Virus record (IMG/VR): IMGVR_UViG_3300021431_000122
Span: 4,380-68,379 of that record
Origin: a virus
Taxonomy: Duplodnaviria > Caudoviricetes
Length of the DNA stretch: 64,000 nucleotides
Direction: 5' to 3' (one strand)
The first letter of the stretch is position 1; every line of letters starts with the position of its first letter. A model generated the notes under the pieces. The model saw nothing but the letters and a program-made list of their open reading frames with translations. It was not told the origin of the DNA and did no database searches. Both the position numbers and the translations under genes were made by a program. Shown in pieces: positions 39,201 to 47,791 of this stretch.

Positions 39201-40548
39201 TAATGACCAGAAGAAAGCAATTAGAGATCTTGTCAAGAACGGCTACGACAAGATGTCTGAATCTCTTAGGAAAATTATTGATGATTATACTGAACTCCTT
39301 GACAGCAACAAGGATATGTATGATTATCAGCAGAACGTCATTGATCAGCAAAAGGAAATCTCCAGACTTCAGCGACAGGTTCAAGCGTGGGGTGGAGACA
39401 ATTCTGAAGAGGGTGCGGCACGGAGGCAGCAGACATCCGCAGAACTTGCCGATGCTCAGAAGAAACTGGCTGAAACTATGGAGGATCGTAGAATTTCCGA
39501 AACAAAAGAAATGCTCAATGACCTTTATGATAATTATACTGAGATTCTCAACAACAGGCTTGATGACATCGAGGCAACAGTTGAACAAGTTGTTGATGCT
39601 GTTAATACCGTTGCGGCAGGAACAAATGCAATTGCTGATGCAAATGTCAGCATTTTGGATTTGAGTGGTTTAGTCGCCGAGGCTAAGAATGAACTGCTTG
39701 GTAGCAATGATAATATCATTTTGAAAACCATTAAGGATTCTGCGGAATATGTCGGATACAACATAACTTCAGAAACTCAAAAGGCTCTTGGTGATAATAC
39801 TGCAATTAAAGACGGTGTTCGTGAAATTGTATCCGCATTCCAGATGGGTGACTTTACAGTTAAAGATGCAGCTGTTATTAAATCGCTTAATGATATTTCC
39901 GATTTCATTTTCAAAGAGATGGTTCCCGCTCTCAATGCGATTGCAGAGGCCGAGATAAAAACTACCACAACCACAACCACAACTACTACTACGAAAAAGA
40001 AAAAGAAAACACCAACAACACCAAAGAAGAAAACATCTTCGAAAGTTGTTATAAAAACAAGCATTGGCAGTACAGCACCCAAAGGAAAAACTCAGAGTAT
40101 TATAACTAGCACCAAACAAAATGTGGAGGCAATTTTCAAATACGCTCGTGGTGGCAAGAATCTTAAAGAACAGCTTGCTTGGCTTGACGAGTATGGCAGG
40201 AACGAGACCATTATTCGCAAGTCTGACGGTGCAGTTCTTACACGCCTTAACCTTGGTGATTCTGTGCTGAAGAAAATGGCAAGTGATAATCTGTGGAATA
40301 TGGCAAACGATCCTACACAATTTATCAAGGACAACATGCCGAGCAACACGAAGGTATCCAACATTGGCGGTGGAACACAGAACAATTCGTTTGACATCAG
40401 CATCAATGTGCCGAATGTCACGAACTATCGTGAGTTCATGTCCGCTATGCAAAAGGATAAACAGTTTGAGAGACTTATTCAAGAAATGACTCTTGGTCAG
40501 ATGAATGGAAATAATTCTCTCAGAAAACACTCTATTAACATACGGTGA
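33235..40548 (+). CDS. Tape measure protein, exon 2 (2437 aa; spliced protein 4874 aa)
   Basis: Continuation of the TMP core; coiled coils; ALVNELGPEII and YARGG...E motifs typical of TMP C-termini. Confidence 0.88.
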   Translation, partial: TTFKTLSARLRGSTTELKELDEETDEYTETTSKLRDLVEGLTGFDIMEDENNFKDIYEILVGIGKEWDNLTDIEQASLSEALAGKRMSNALFAILNNIDTLEEAYKTAEESAGSARREEEHYEESVQYRIDQTKASLQELSYDFLSSDFLKGLIEGANIFLQKLDEIVEKVGTLGSLIAAFTAKDFFMGAAGGNSIFAEIFKTAVGPNGDTGTMIGNIKKLISGKENKDVSNAAKAAGNVAGEALSQGVADGVKDGAAEKVTEDVVKSVAEGATDAVTENVAESGVKNVVEAVTKTASEVADDVADGAEDILAKAVVNESTEATMSKMAKPLAEGVIDTLETTFDDGDAGIILANSLINTESISEVADDVAEVAEKTYATYADKLADIAKDGPIFKDAERTLAKGAAEAGEVAGEAMAGGMASGASSAAGGLGSKLVAALGGPVGAAIAGVATAALVGLAIAGAVKRAREEAVEEATQEAMDLAGRQSDMDNTIARVEELRNKLKDSNITEQEAYNTKIELLSIQEQLSDSYGTLSGQIDLVNGSLKEQIGLMQQASVYDANKFLNENDKAIKIATKEMTKELNDSLSQEISMYDPAFDKVKEIVDKYNSFKLTSTQDGLYRLDITGNVQEVNSQIVNFMADLRELRDESGSYVVDMLYDNLDGYNNHYQDVIDKNQELYKKGLENSLLVNGFDDSGNLKEDSGLKYLNDLTAAADTLNDSIIGVNDISVDEALTGYKNAWIAAQGFLKDSPQYSVLFDEVAESANTSNVSLAKFKENVNDSDSRLGKFAKDVKDSKLSESDIFDILYGKTTNVGSGSDAILALAKSFGILKGDVAPTEAQITSFVDVLKDLGVIASDVAEDGTIDLSGFFKEASNAVAQVDKMNAALVSGLQSGGMSISYEVGENGEESWTGTIEDVRKAFGELESFNINGLLKRTSNGVKVNQKAWRKLRQEQENLQKKKFLEKQADLTAQLTDLQTQLIAAQAKGEDTGNLQKRISDLQENIDNVNFLAAAYDGATSAYQKWLDVQAGPKEGDIYDNIRDNALTRGDELLKNGMVGDEFRSIAQMFSSEDLSTAPLEQVIEAYQAIDKIVPGTTKKVRDFFTEDMQGAFAFSDALVELGYATGSSTEGYEFGLFTTEEIAKSLGVSQDIVDAIFDKMRLFGADVTLLSDDEVEKLKTAGKNVDELQDKLENLNKEQKVTKDSSELDISVATNFNLDELNTVDELQGKIDELNTLRANPNISDESAKILDSILAEVIKKLDIINGTDANPDVITIDDVIQAQEQLDTLKKRLAQIKEYNDTHINVQVNAEEDQTVQDIAEYLAGLDEGLQLDLGINPENVGNAEAIIEQLLSGDLKIEDVTGVKEGVEKELKAADTSVDVEAHVNTDGMNDPNTLIQEKFATKGITTTNTVNTKTTGQEGVDSLSDSINNVNDKKVNVEAKVKGTGTVIALDRSIDDLTGKKVEVTAEVHGTGTVMALASAINDLRDKDITVTTHHRNDVNGTANRSTQANGTAHVGGTTYAHGKWGAPRTETALVNELGPEIIVRDGRWFTANDGQPGFTGIKKGDIIFNHKQSEELLKNGYVTKGYAHMAFAEGTAYANVGSWGAYFTQQQYNKQGINTASTVQASAVNAANAVKDAAKKVKDDVDKTVDWIEILLDRIDRRIQTLADAADDTWRTFSSRRNNLYKEIDAVRQQEVYAQQGAERYKKQANKVGLPANLRKLVQQGKIDISSVKTEDLKKKVEEYQGWWDKYLDCLALVKESQYTQNELFNQNYDMVKTEYEGLLGSIEHSITTLQNFIDIAEEDGHFSSSKYYTEMIKYEKKNISTLKKEKKQLTTALNDALANGLKVGSEEWVNMTNGIKECDEAIQESTKNIISYNNAIRDLKWERWDFLIDRIEDVNTELKFLYDLIDEDKMFDDKGLVTIAGMNGLSLLAEQMDVYMKESQKYASMIKTTEEDLAKDPYDTDLIEKLSELRKAQQDSIISANDQKKAIRDLVKNGYDKMSESLRKIIDDYTELLDSNKDMYDYQQNVIDQQKEISRLQRQVQAWGGDNSEEGAARRQQTSAELADAQKKLAETMEDRRISETKEMLNDLYDNYTEILNNRLDDIEATVEQVVDAVNTVAAGTNAIADANVSILDLSGLVAEAKNELLGSNDNIILKTIKDSAEYVGYNITSETQKALGDNTAIKDGVREIVSAFQMGDFTVKDAAVIKSLNDISDFIFKEMVPALNAIAEAEIKTTTTTTTTTTTKKKKKTPTTPKKKTSSKVVIKTSIGSTAPKGKTQSIITSTKQNVEAIFKYARGGKNLKEQLAWLDEYGRNETIIRKSDGAVLTRLNLGDSVLKKMASDNLWNMANDPTQFIKDNMPSNTKVSNIGGGTQNNSFDISINVPNVTNYREFMSAMQKDKQFERLIQEMTLGQMNGNNSLRKHSINIR

Positions 40549-40555
40549 GTATGGT

Positions 40556-40621
40556 GCGGCACTCGGTAGGTTAGTGGACTCATACATCCACTAATTGGAG
40601 GTTCAACTCCTCCGTGCCGTA
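40556..40621 (+). tRNA. tRNA-like element 2 (D-armless, Met-like CAT loop)
   Basis: Acceptor gcggcac/gtgccgt; T-arm ggagg-TTCAACT-cctcc; 8-10 bp stem ttagtgga/tccactaa with loop CTCATACA; only 6-8 nt replace the D arm. Confidence 0.7.
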
Positions 40622-40655
40622 TTTATTATTATATAAAAAGCAAGGAGATTTTATT

Positions 40656-40805
40656 ATGGATAACGAAGAATTAAAAGCGACGCTTGAAAGTCTTATTGAC
40701 GAATATAACAGACTCATTAAGAGTCTTAAAGAAAAGCACAAGGAGGCTGACGCACTCCTAAAGAAAATGCGTCTTGAATACAACCGCATGTTAAAAATGA
40801 AATAA
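40656..40805 (+). CDS. 49-aa coiled-coil protein
   Basis: RBS aaggag; heptad pattern. Confidence 0.6.
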   Translation: MDNEELKATLESLIDEYNRLIKSLKEKHKEADALLKKMRLEYNRMLKMK

Positions 40806-40824
40806 ATATAAGGAGGGGACGCAA

Positions 40825-41634
40825 ATGCAGTCCAAGACATTTACGTATGATGGGGTGAGTCTTGCCGACATGGGATACATTGTCTGCAAGTTCGATGGAG
40901 GCGGTGCGTCTCTTGATGGAATTAATACTGACTCACAGCGAGATTGGGATAATATATCTGTGATGTGGGGCAAGTTCATGCCGTGGACGGTTTCAACTTT
41001 TGGTGACAGACTTGAGATGGAATTCTCGATTATGAAAGAACCGTGTGGCGACAATAGTCTCGTCATCACTCCTGCTGAGATGGTTCAGCTTAAACGTTGG
41101 CTGTCAAGACCAACGGCAAAAATTCTGCGCTTTCCAGAAGAAGAAGGATTTGAACACATCTACTACGAAGGAAGTTTTAACGTTGAAGAGGTGTGGCTGA
41201 ATGCCGAGGCAAGGTATGGTGCAAATCTCACATTCACATGCAATGCTCCTGCGGGGTTCTATGATTATGAAACGGTAACTGGTGAGATTGCCGCCAATGA
41301 ATCGTTCACAATTAATGATGTATCCGATGAGGTTGGTTGGATCTATCCTACTCTTGAGGTTACACTCAAAGATGCAGGAGAACTTCGCCTTACGAATTCG
41401 TTTGATGGGCGAACAACTGTTGTTAAAAATTGTACGGCGGGTGAGACGATAACTTTTTATAATACGCAACAGATTATGTCATCAAACGGTGCGCACGCTA
41501 TACATGATGATTTTAATTACAAGTTCATTCGAATCAGTAATAGCTTTAAGAACAATGAAAACACTATCTCATCCAATCTCGCATTGTCGTATGAGTTCAC
41601 ATACAAACCGATTGCGAAGGCGGTGATAGCATGA
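40825..41634 (+). CDS. Distal tail protein (Dit-like)
   Basis: FTYDGVSL..MG.IVC; WL.RP; position after the TMP. Confidence 0.75.
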   Translation: MQSKTFTYDGVSLADMGYIVCKFDGGGASLDGINTDSQRDWDNISVMWGKFMPWTVSTFGDRLEMEFSIMKEPCGDNSLVITPAEMVQLKRWLSRPTAKILRFPEEEGFEHIYYEGSFNVEEVWLNAEARYGANLTFTCNAPAGFYDYETVTGEIAANESFTINDVSDEVGWIYPTLEVTLKDAGELRLTNSFDGRTTVVKNCTAGETITFYNTQQIMSSNGAHAIHDDFNYKFIRISNSFKNNENTISSNLALSYEFTYKPIAKAVIA

Positions 41635-44600
41635 GCAACATCTTTGTTATAGGGGACAATCTTCATCTTGATGGAAATGTAAATAACGAATTACTACATC
41701 CATCTAATGTAAGGATGAGTATTTCAAATGACAATCTTGTAATCATTAAGTCAGATGATATGTCAAACACGGATGGATTAATAGAGCTTGATTATAATGG
41801 TGTACCCGTGTTGCCAGATATTGTATTGGCGACCAAGAGTGGTTCGAAGCTTGGCGTAATCGAGAACGTAAGCGGTCTAGTTGTTAAGAATAACATGAAT
41901 GCTCCAGACGAGGTGTCCTTCACGGTCAACCGCTATGCCAATGGCAAGGAATGTACGCTGTGGAAACAGATAAAGGATTTCAAGATGGTATATCTTACCC
42001 ATTGGAATCAATGGTACGAGATTCAAGTCACCAACACTGAAGATGTTGATGTCGTTAAAAGTATCACTGGAACACAGGCACAGCAGTGCGAGTTATCACA
42101 ACTCAATTTGTATGAGGTAGAGATAAATACTGAAGGCGACATTGAGGTACAGGCTGAAAAGTATGGGCGAGATGATAATCTGGCAACGAAGTTTTACGAC
42201 ACAGACAACCCTTCTCTCTCACTGATTAATCGTATCCTTGCCGACAAAGCTCCGCACTACTCTATCTTTCATGTTGATGAGTCGCTTAAGAATATTCAGC
42301 GAATGTTCACGTTTGATGGCACGGATATTTTAAGCGCATTAAATGAAATCGCTGAAGAGGTTGACTGTCTCTTTGTTTACGGCGAATCGTTAGAAGATGA
42401 TGGCAAGATGCATCGCACAATCTCTGCGTATGATCTAGAAGATTTTTGTCTCTCTTGCGGTGAGCGTGGATTATATGATGATGTCTGCACTAACTGCGGG
42501 AGTTCCGAGATTATCAAAGGATACGGCAGAGATACTGGAATATTTGTTACCAGAGAAAATCTTGGTGAGTCAATCAGCTATGAGTCGAATAAGGACGAGG
42601 TGAAGAACTGCTTCAGACTAACTGCGGGAGATGACTTGATGACCGCAGTTGTTAAGTCTTGCAATCCCAATGGCTCAAATTATATTTGGTATATTACTGA
42701 TGAAATGAAAGAGGATATGTCTGCCGAGTTGCGTGAGAAGCTTACGCAGTATGACGCAGACTATGAAGACTATCAGAAGAATCATATAATGTCTGATGTG
42801 CCGTCATCTTATATAGCCGAGCATAATGCTCTGGTTGATAAGTACACTGGCGGTGCAGTTGAATTAAATAAGATTTCAGATCCGATTACGGGATATGCAA
42901 ATCTGCTCAATGCGTACTATGATGCATATGATTTATATGATTACTTGAACGTGACATTGATGCCGGGGTTTTCTGCACAGACAGTTACCACTGCGCAGGA
43001 ACAGCTTGATAAGTTGACGGTAGGCAACATGTCTCCTATTGGCGTGACAAATATTGATACGATTACCGTAAGCACAATGGATTCACAGGTGGTAAATGCC
43101 GCCAAAATTTATGTGGATAACGGAAGATATCAAGTAAAAGTAAGTGCTTCATCCAAGTCTGACAATCAATGGACTGGTCTGATTACTGTTACAAGTTTTG
43201 TAGATGATAAGGATACCGCAAGCAAAGCTTTGACAATTACCTTCAGTGGAGATGAAGGCGAATATATTAAACAGCAAATCGAGCGGGCAACTGCAAAGAT
43301 GGATGCAGATAATATTGGAACGGTTGCGCTGTTCAGAAAAGATCTTGCTGAGTTTACCGAAGCAATAAACGACAACTACTCTCTTTCCTATCTGCAAATT
43401 CTTCAGAGTGCATGCCAAGCATGTCTTGATGTTCTGATTGAACAAGGATGCGGACAGCCGTCAAGTGACATGTATACCGAGATGTATCAGCCATACCTTC
43501 AGAAGCAACGGGTAATTGATGCAGAGATTGCGGAGCGTGAAGAGGAACTGTCTGTCCTTAGACGCAAATCAGTTGTAGATGAAAATGGTAATGTTGTTCG
43601 TTACGAAGGCGAGAAAGGATTAATCGATTATATTGAAACACAGATGTCCGCAATCAGAGGAAATCTGGATATGCGAACATATCTTGGTGAAGACCTGTGG
43701 TTTGAACTTTGCAAGTACCGTCTTGAAGATGAATACTCTAACAGCAATTTTATATCTGACGGATTGAACAATGCAGAAATCGTTGCGAACGCCCAAAGCT
43801 TTCTGAAGCTTGCGTGGACAGAGATTATTAAGTCTGCGACACTTCAGCATACGATTACCGGAGATCTTTATGACTTCCTTATTCTGCCAGAGTTTCACAA
43901 TCTGACCGACAACTTCGGGGTTGGCAACTGGATCAGAGTCGAGGCAGATGATAAGGTGTTCAAGCTTCGGCTGCTCTCCTACGAAATCGACTATGACAAC
44001 ATCAATAATATCAATGTCGAGTTCTCAGATATGATTAATGGTCTTGGCACAATGTCAGATCTTCAGAGTGTGATTGCGTCTGCCAAGTCGATTGCCACAA
44101 GCTATTCGGCAACGGTTAGACAGGCTGAGAAAGGCAACACAGCTAATTCACTTATCAGTGGTATGGTTGCTAATGGGCTTGGTCTAACAAACACCAAGAT
44201 TGTAAATGATGATGACAATCAGAATATCGTCTTTGATTCTCATGGAATTCTGATGAGAAAGCAAAATGATTTTGATGACAACTATGGTGACGAGCAGATT
44301 AAGATAATCAATCATGGTATGTACTACACCAATGATGGTTGGGACACAGTATCTACTGGACTTGGTCATTTCATCTATTATGATCCTGCTGACGGGAAAT
44401 ATAAGGATGGCTATGGCGTTATTGCCGATACAATTGTTGGCAACATCATCCTTGGCAACAATGTTGGAATCTACAATCCCGACAACTCATTCGTGGCGAA
44501 CGAGAACGGTGTTACGATTACCGCAAGTCCGAACAGCGAAGATAATCTGAATCTCTTTACGATTCAAAGAGATAATGGTGATGGCACTGCAACTCGTTAT

Positions 44601-45293
44601 ATGTATGTTGACACTGACGGCACGCTGAAGATTACTGGCAACAGTATTTCAATTACTTCCGGACAGGATGTTGTACCGCTTGACAGATACATAGAAAAAA
44701 CTGTTGAGGATTCTGTTGGCGATGTAAGTGCAACGCTTAATGTAACCATGAGCCGTGACAACTATGTGTTAAACTCTCGTTCTGACGGCTCGATTGATTA
44801 CTCCGATTGTTATGTGGATCTACAAGTCACTCGTGGTGACAATGATGTGACGGCTGAAAGCACATACGTTGTCACTCCAGAGAATGGAGTTGTTGGCAAC
44901 TGGGATGAATCTTTGCACAGATATACTGTTACTAGTCTGACTGGAATTGCAAAAGGGACAGTGTCGTTTGCAGTCACGTATGACAATGTAACACTATTCA
45001 AAAAATTTACGGTAACCATCGCTTATGATGGAATCGAACCGATTCGCACCGAGATTGAATCCAGTGCAGGAAACATATTCAAAAACAAAAATATTTCAAC
45101 GGTGTTAACTTGTCACGTTTACAGAGGTTCAGAAGAAATAACCTCACAAGTTACATCATTTAATTGGCAAAAATATAACGCAGATGGAACGCTTGACGAA
45201 AACTGGAATCGTATTGGAGCAGGAAGTTCAATTTCCATATCCAGTGCAGATGTACTTAGTCGAGCAGTTTTTAAATGCGAAGTAACGTTTTAA
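41631..45293 (+). CDS. Tail hub/Tal-like protein
   Basis: 1220 aa after Dit; coiled-coil middle region; beta-rich C-terminus. Confidence 0.7.
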   Translation: MSNIFVIGDNLHLDGNVNNELLHPSNVRMSISNDNLVIIKSDDMSNTDGLIELDYNGVPVLPDIVLATKSGSKLGVIENVSGLVVKNNMNAPDEVSFTVNRYANGKECTLWKQIKDFKMVYLTHWNQWYEIQVTNTEDVDVVKSITGTQAQQCELSQLNLYEVEINTEGDIEVQAEKYGRDDNLATKFYDTDNPSLSLINRILADKAPHYSIFHVDESLKNIQRMFTFDGTDILSALNEIAEEVDCLFVYGESLEDDGKMHRTISAYDLEDFCLSCGERGLYDDVCTNCGSSEIIKGYGRDTGIFVTRENLGESISYESNKDEVKNCFRLTAGDDLMTAVVKSCNPNGSNYIWYITDEMKEDMSAELREKLTQYDADYEDYQKNHIMSDVPSSYIAEHNALVDKYTGGAVELNKISDPITGYANLLNAYYDAYDLYDYLNVTLMPGFSAQTVTTAQEQLDKLTVGNMSPIGVTNIDTITVSTMDSQVVNAAKIYVDNGRYQVKVSASSKSDNQWTGLITVTSFVDDKDTASKALTITFSGDEGEYIKQQIERATAKMDADNIGTVALFRKDLAEFTEAINDNYSLSYLQILQSACQACLDVLIEQGCGQPSSDMYTEMYQPYLQKQRVIDAEIAEREEELSVLRRKSVVDENGNVVRYEGEKGLIDYIETQMSAIRGNLDMRTYLGEDLWFELCKYRLEDEYSNSNFISDGLNNAEIVANAQSFLKLAWTEIIKSATLQHTITGDLYDFLILPEFHNLTDNFGVGNWIRVEADDKVFKLRLLSYEIDYDNINNINVEFSDMINGLGTMSDLQSVIASAKSIATSYSATVRQAEKGNTANSLISGMVANGLGLTNTKIVNDDDNQNIVFDSHGILMRKQNDFDDNYGDEQIKIINHGMYYTNDGWDTVSTGLGHFIYYDPADGKYKDGYGVIADTIVGNIILGNNVGIYNPDNSFVANENGVTITASPNSEDNLNLFTIQRDNGDGTATRYMYVDTDGTLKITGNSISITSGQDVVPLDRYIEKTVEDSVGDVSATLNVTMSRDNYVLNSRSDGSIDYSDCYVDLQVTRGDNDVTAESTYVVTPENGVVGNWDESLHRYTVTSLTGIAKGTVSFAVTYDNVTLFKKFTVTIAYDGIEPIRTEIESSAGNIFKNKNISTVLTCHVYRGSEEITSQVTSFNWQKYNADGTLDENWNRIGAGSSISISSADVLSRAVFKCEVTF

Positions 45294-45305
45294 AAGGAGA
45301 ATAAT

Positions 45306-47774
45306 ATGGCAACTACTAGTTATGGTTCAATAACCATTGTTGATATTACTGATGTTGGAGAGTTCAGCGTATATCCTGTTGGCAATATGCCTCTGTCTGT
45401 TATCTATGATCCAGATCAGGACAGTTATACGCCGACTTGGGGGTCGCCCAATCTCATTCTGACTCCAGTTGTATACTATGCGGGTAATCAGCTAGCTCTT
45501 AGTGCAAGCGGTCTTACAATAACTTGGAAGCGACAAGAGGGTACGAACGGAAGTACAGAAACTCTCAATACTGGAGAGACGGTTTCCGGTGGTATTTTAA
45601 CTGTTTCGCAGAATCAGTTTACTCCTTCTTCAAGTATGATTACTTATATTGTTGTTGCGACATATGTAGAACCTTCAAGCGGACAAACATTGGTCGCGCA
45701 GGGACAGATGACCTTTGCACTGATGAAACAGGTATCCACTGTAAAGTATTGTAAAATAACAGGTGGAAATGTTTTTAAGTATGACACAGATGGTGATCTT
45801 GTTGGTGCAAGCAGTATTGCTCTGAGTGCAACCGTAGCGGGATCAGGTGTGGAAATTTCTGAATGGCAGTATCTTAACGCTTCTGGAAATTATGTGCAAT
45901 ATCCGGGAAGCGGAACGGGTGACACGCTGACGGTTAAAGCAGAAACAACAACTGTATTTGTTAACGATGTCTGTACCATCAAACTGCTTACAACCGACTC
46001 CTCTGTTTATGATATTCACACTATTGCAAAACTGAAAGATGGAGCTGCTGGCAGTGGAACGGTTTCTGCGGTACTTACAAATGATGACCAGATGATTCCA
46101 TTCACTTCTGGTGGCATTGGTGACTTCAGCGAGGCGATTTCTCAGATTATCATCTATGAGGGCGGAGTAGATGTAACATCTAAGTGGACAATTGCTCAGA
46201 CGGCAAGCGGCGTTACTGCAACTCCCAGTGCAACCACAAAAACAAATGACACAACAACTGTTACGGCAATGTCTGGAAGCACTGGCAATGTAACGTTTAC
46301 ATGTACAAGAACAGGATATAATTCAATTACAAAAACCTTTTCTCTTGTAAAAGTTCAGAGTGGAGCAGATGGAAAAACTCCCACAATCTACTCTCTCTCT
46401 GTTTCTGCTCTTGCGGTAAATGAATCTGGAGATGAAACAAAAGTATTTACTCCGTCCACTGTAACATTTAACGCTTATAGTCAGACTGGAAACAACGCTA
46501 AAGCTGCATATTCCGGAAGGTTTAAAATATTTGTAAATGGCAGTTCAACCGCTTCGTATACATCGTCTAGTAACGAGTCTAGCTACACTTATACTCCTAC
46601 GGATGGTGTTTCTAGTATCAAGTGTGTTCTTTATGCCGCAGGTGGTACAAGTACTCAGCTTGATTCTCAAACCGTTGTAATTACCAAAGATGGTACTGAT
46701 GGTAAGCAAGGAAATGTCGGCCCTCAGGGTGTTGGTGGATTCAGCGTGTTGCTTGGAAATTATTTTGAAAACATTCCATGTGATGCAAATAATAAAACCC
46801 TTACCGCAATGCCTATAACCATACCGTTTTCTGGTTATAAAGGAATCGAAAGAGTTGCTTGTACGCTTACTACAACCGCCGCAAACGCAAAACTTTGGGG
46901 AATCACTCCTACTATCACTCAGGCAACTACCTCCGCCGATGGGTCAATTGTATATACGGTTCCAAAAGGTACAACTATTTCATCTGACAGTGGAAGTCTC
47001 AGCTTGACGTTCAGTTGCGAAGGAAATTCGGTCGTTCATGTATTCGGGTGGTCTAGGACTACTCAGGCAAAGAATGCGGTTATCATGCAAATGAATGCTC
47101 CGCAAGGCGATATATTCAACAACGGAAGCGGTGATCTCCCGATTGAAGCTATTCTTTATGAGGGAAGTACAAAAATTACTTCTGATATTACTTATCAATG
47201 GTCAAAATTCAACGTCTCAAACGGCACTTATGATAATATTAGCGGAGCGACATCCAGTACGACAACCATTTCTGCTACCACTGTTGCCGGATATGCATCA
47301 TACCGTTGCGCCGCAACATATGATAACACGACCTACTATGGTTATATCTCTCTGAGAGATAAGTCTGATCCGTTGCAAGTATCCGTCTTCTCTTCTCTTG
47401 GAAGTCAGATAGTAAATGGAAATGGTTACGGTGCGCTGTATGTAAAAGTCACAAGAAACGGGCAAGAAATCGATCCACTGCTTACTGAAGTGTTTAGTAC
47501 TTCCGCTCCTGCGAGTCCGGCAACCGGAGACTATTATTATCATATTACACGTTCAACATCAAGTACAACTGGAAGTATCCAGTTGAAACAGTATAGCGGA
47601 TCTTCTTGGGTAAACCAGAGTGAAACATTTACTGCAACTTATACATGGACATACCGTGATGGTGAAGGAAATATTATTACGCCTGCGGGTTTAGCAACAA
47701 GCGGAAAAATTATCTACATTGACGGAGACCTGATTGACGGCAAGATTGTTGCTGATGTACAGGTAACTGTTTAA
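45306..47774 (+). CDS. Tail/baseplate protein with tandem Ig-like domains
   Basis: T/S/G-rich beta domains separated by DG.DG linkers; short collagen-like GKQGNVGPQG. Confidence 0.6.
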   Translation: MATTSYGSITIVDITDVGEFSVYPVGNMPLSVIYDPDQDSYTPTWGSPNLILTPVVYYAGNQLALSASGLTITWKRQEGTNGSTETLNTGETVSGGILTVSQNQFTPSSSMITYIVVATYVEPSSGQTLVAQGQMTFALMKQVSTVKYCKITGGNVFKYDTDGDLVGASSIALSATVAGSGVEISEWQYLNASGNYVQYPGSGTGDTLTVKAETTTVFVNDVCTIKLLTTDSSVYDIHTIAKLKDGAAGSGTVSAVLTNDDQMIPFTSGGIGDFSEAISQIIIYEGGVDVTSKWTIAQTASGVTATPSATTKTNDTTTVTAMSGSTGNVTFTCTRTGYNSITKTFSLVKVQSGADGKTPTIYSLSVSALAVNESGDETKVFTPSTVTFNAYSQTGNNAKAAYSGRFKIFVNGSSTASYTSSSNESSYTYTPTDGVSSIKCVLYAAGGTSTQLDSQTVVITKDGTDGKQGNVGPQGVGGFSVLLGNYFENIPCDANNKTLTAMPITIPFSGYKGIERVACTLTTTAANAKLWGITPTITQATTSADGSIVYTVPKGTTISSDSGSLSLTFSCEGNSVVHVFGWSRTTQAKNAVIMQMNAPQGDIFNNGSGDLPIEAILYEGSTKITSDITYQWSKFNVSNGTYDNISGATSSTTTISATTVAGYASYRCAATYDNTTYYGYISLRDKSDPLQVSVFSSLGSQIVNGNGYGALYVKVTRNGQEIDPLLTEVFSTSAPASPATGDYYYHITRSTSSTTGSIQLKQYSGSSWVNQSETFTATYTWTYRDGEGNIITPAGLATSGKIIYIDGDLIDGKIVADVQVTV

Positions 47775-47791
47775 ATAGAGGAGGTGTGAAA

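Noticed and set aside
33232-40548. Second TMP ORF as an independent gene
   Set aside because: The ATG has no RBS, its G is the intron terminal G, and the conserved TMP core is continuous across the splice.
39769-40587. 272-aa minus-strand ORF and the other long antisense ORFs (e.g. 15090-15818, 8701-9330, 3606-4226, 22474-23061)
   Set aside because: They are shadows of strongly coding + strand genes, with no RBS or recognisable motifs.
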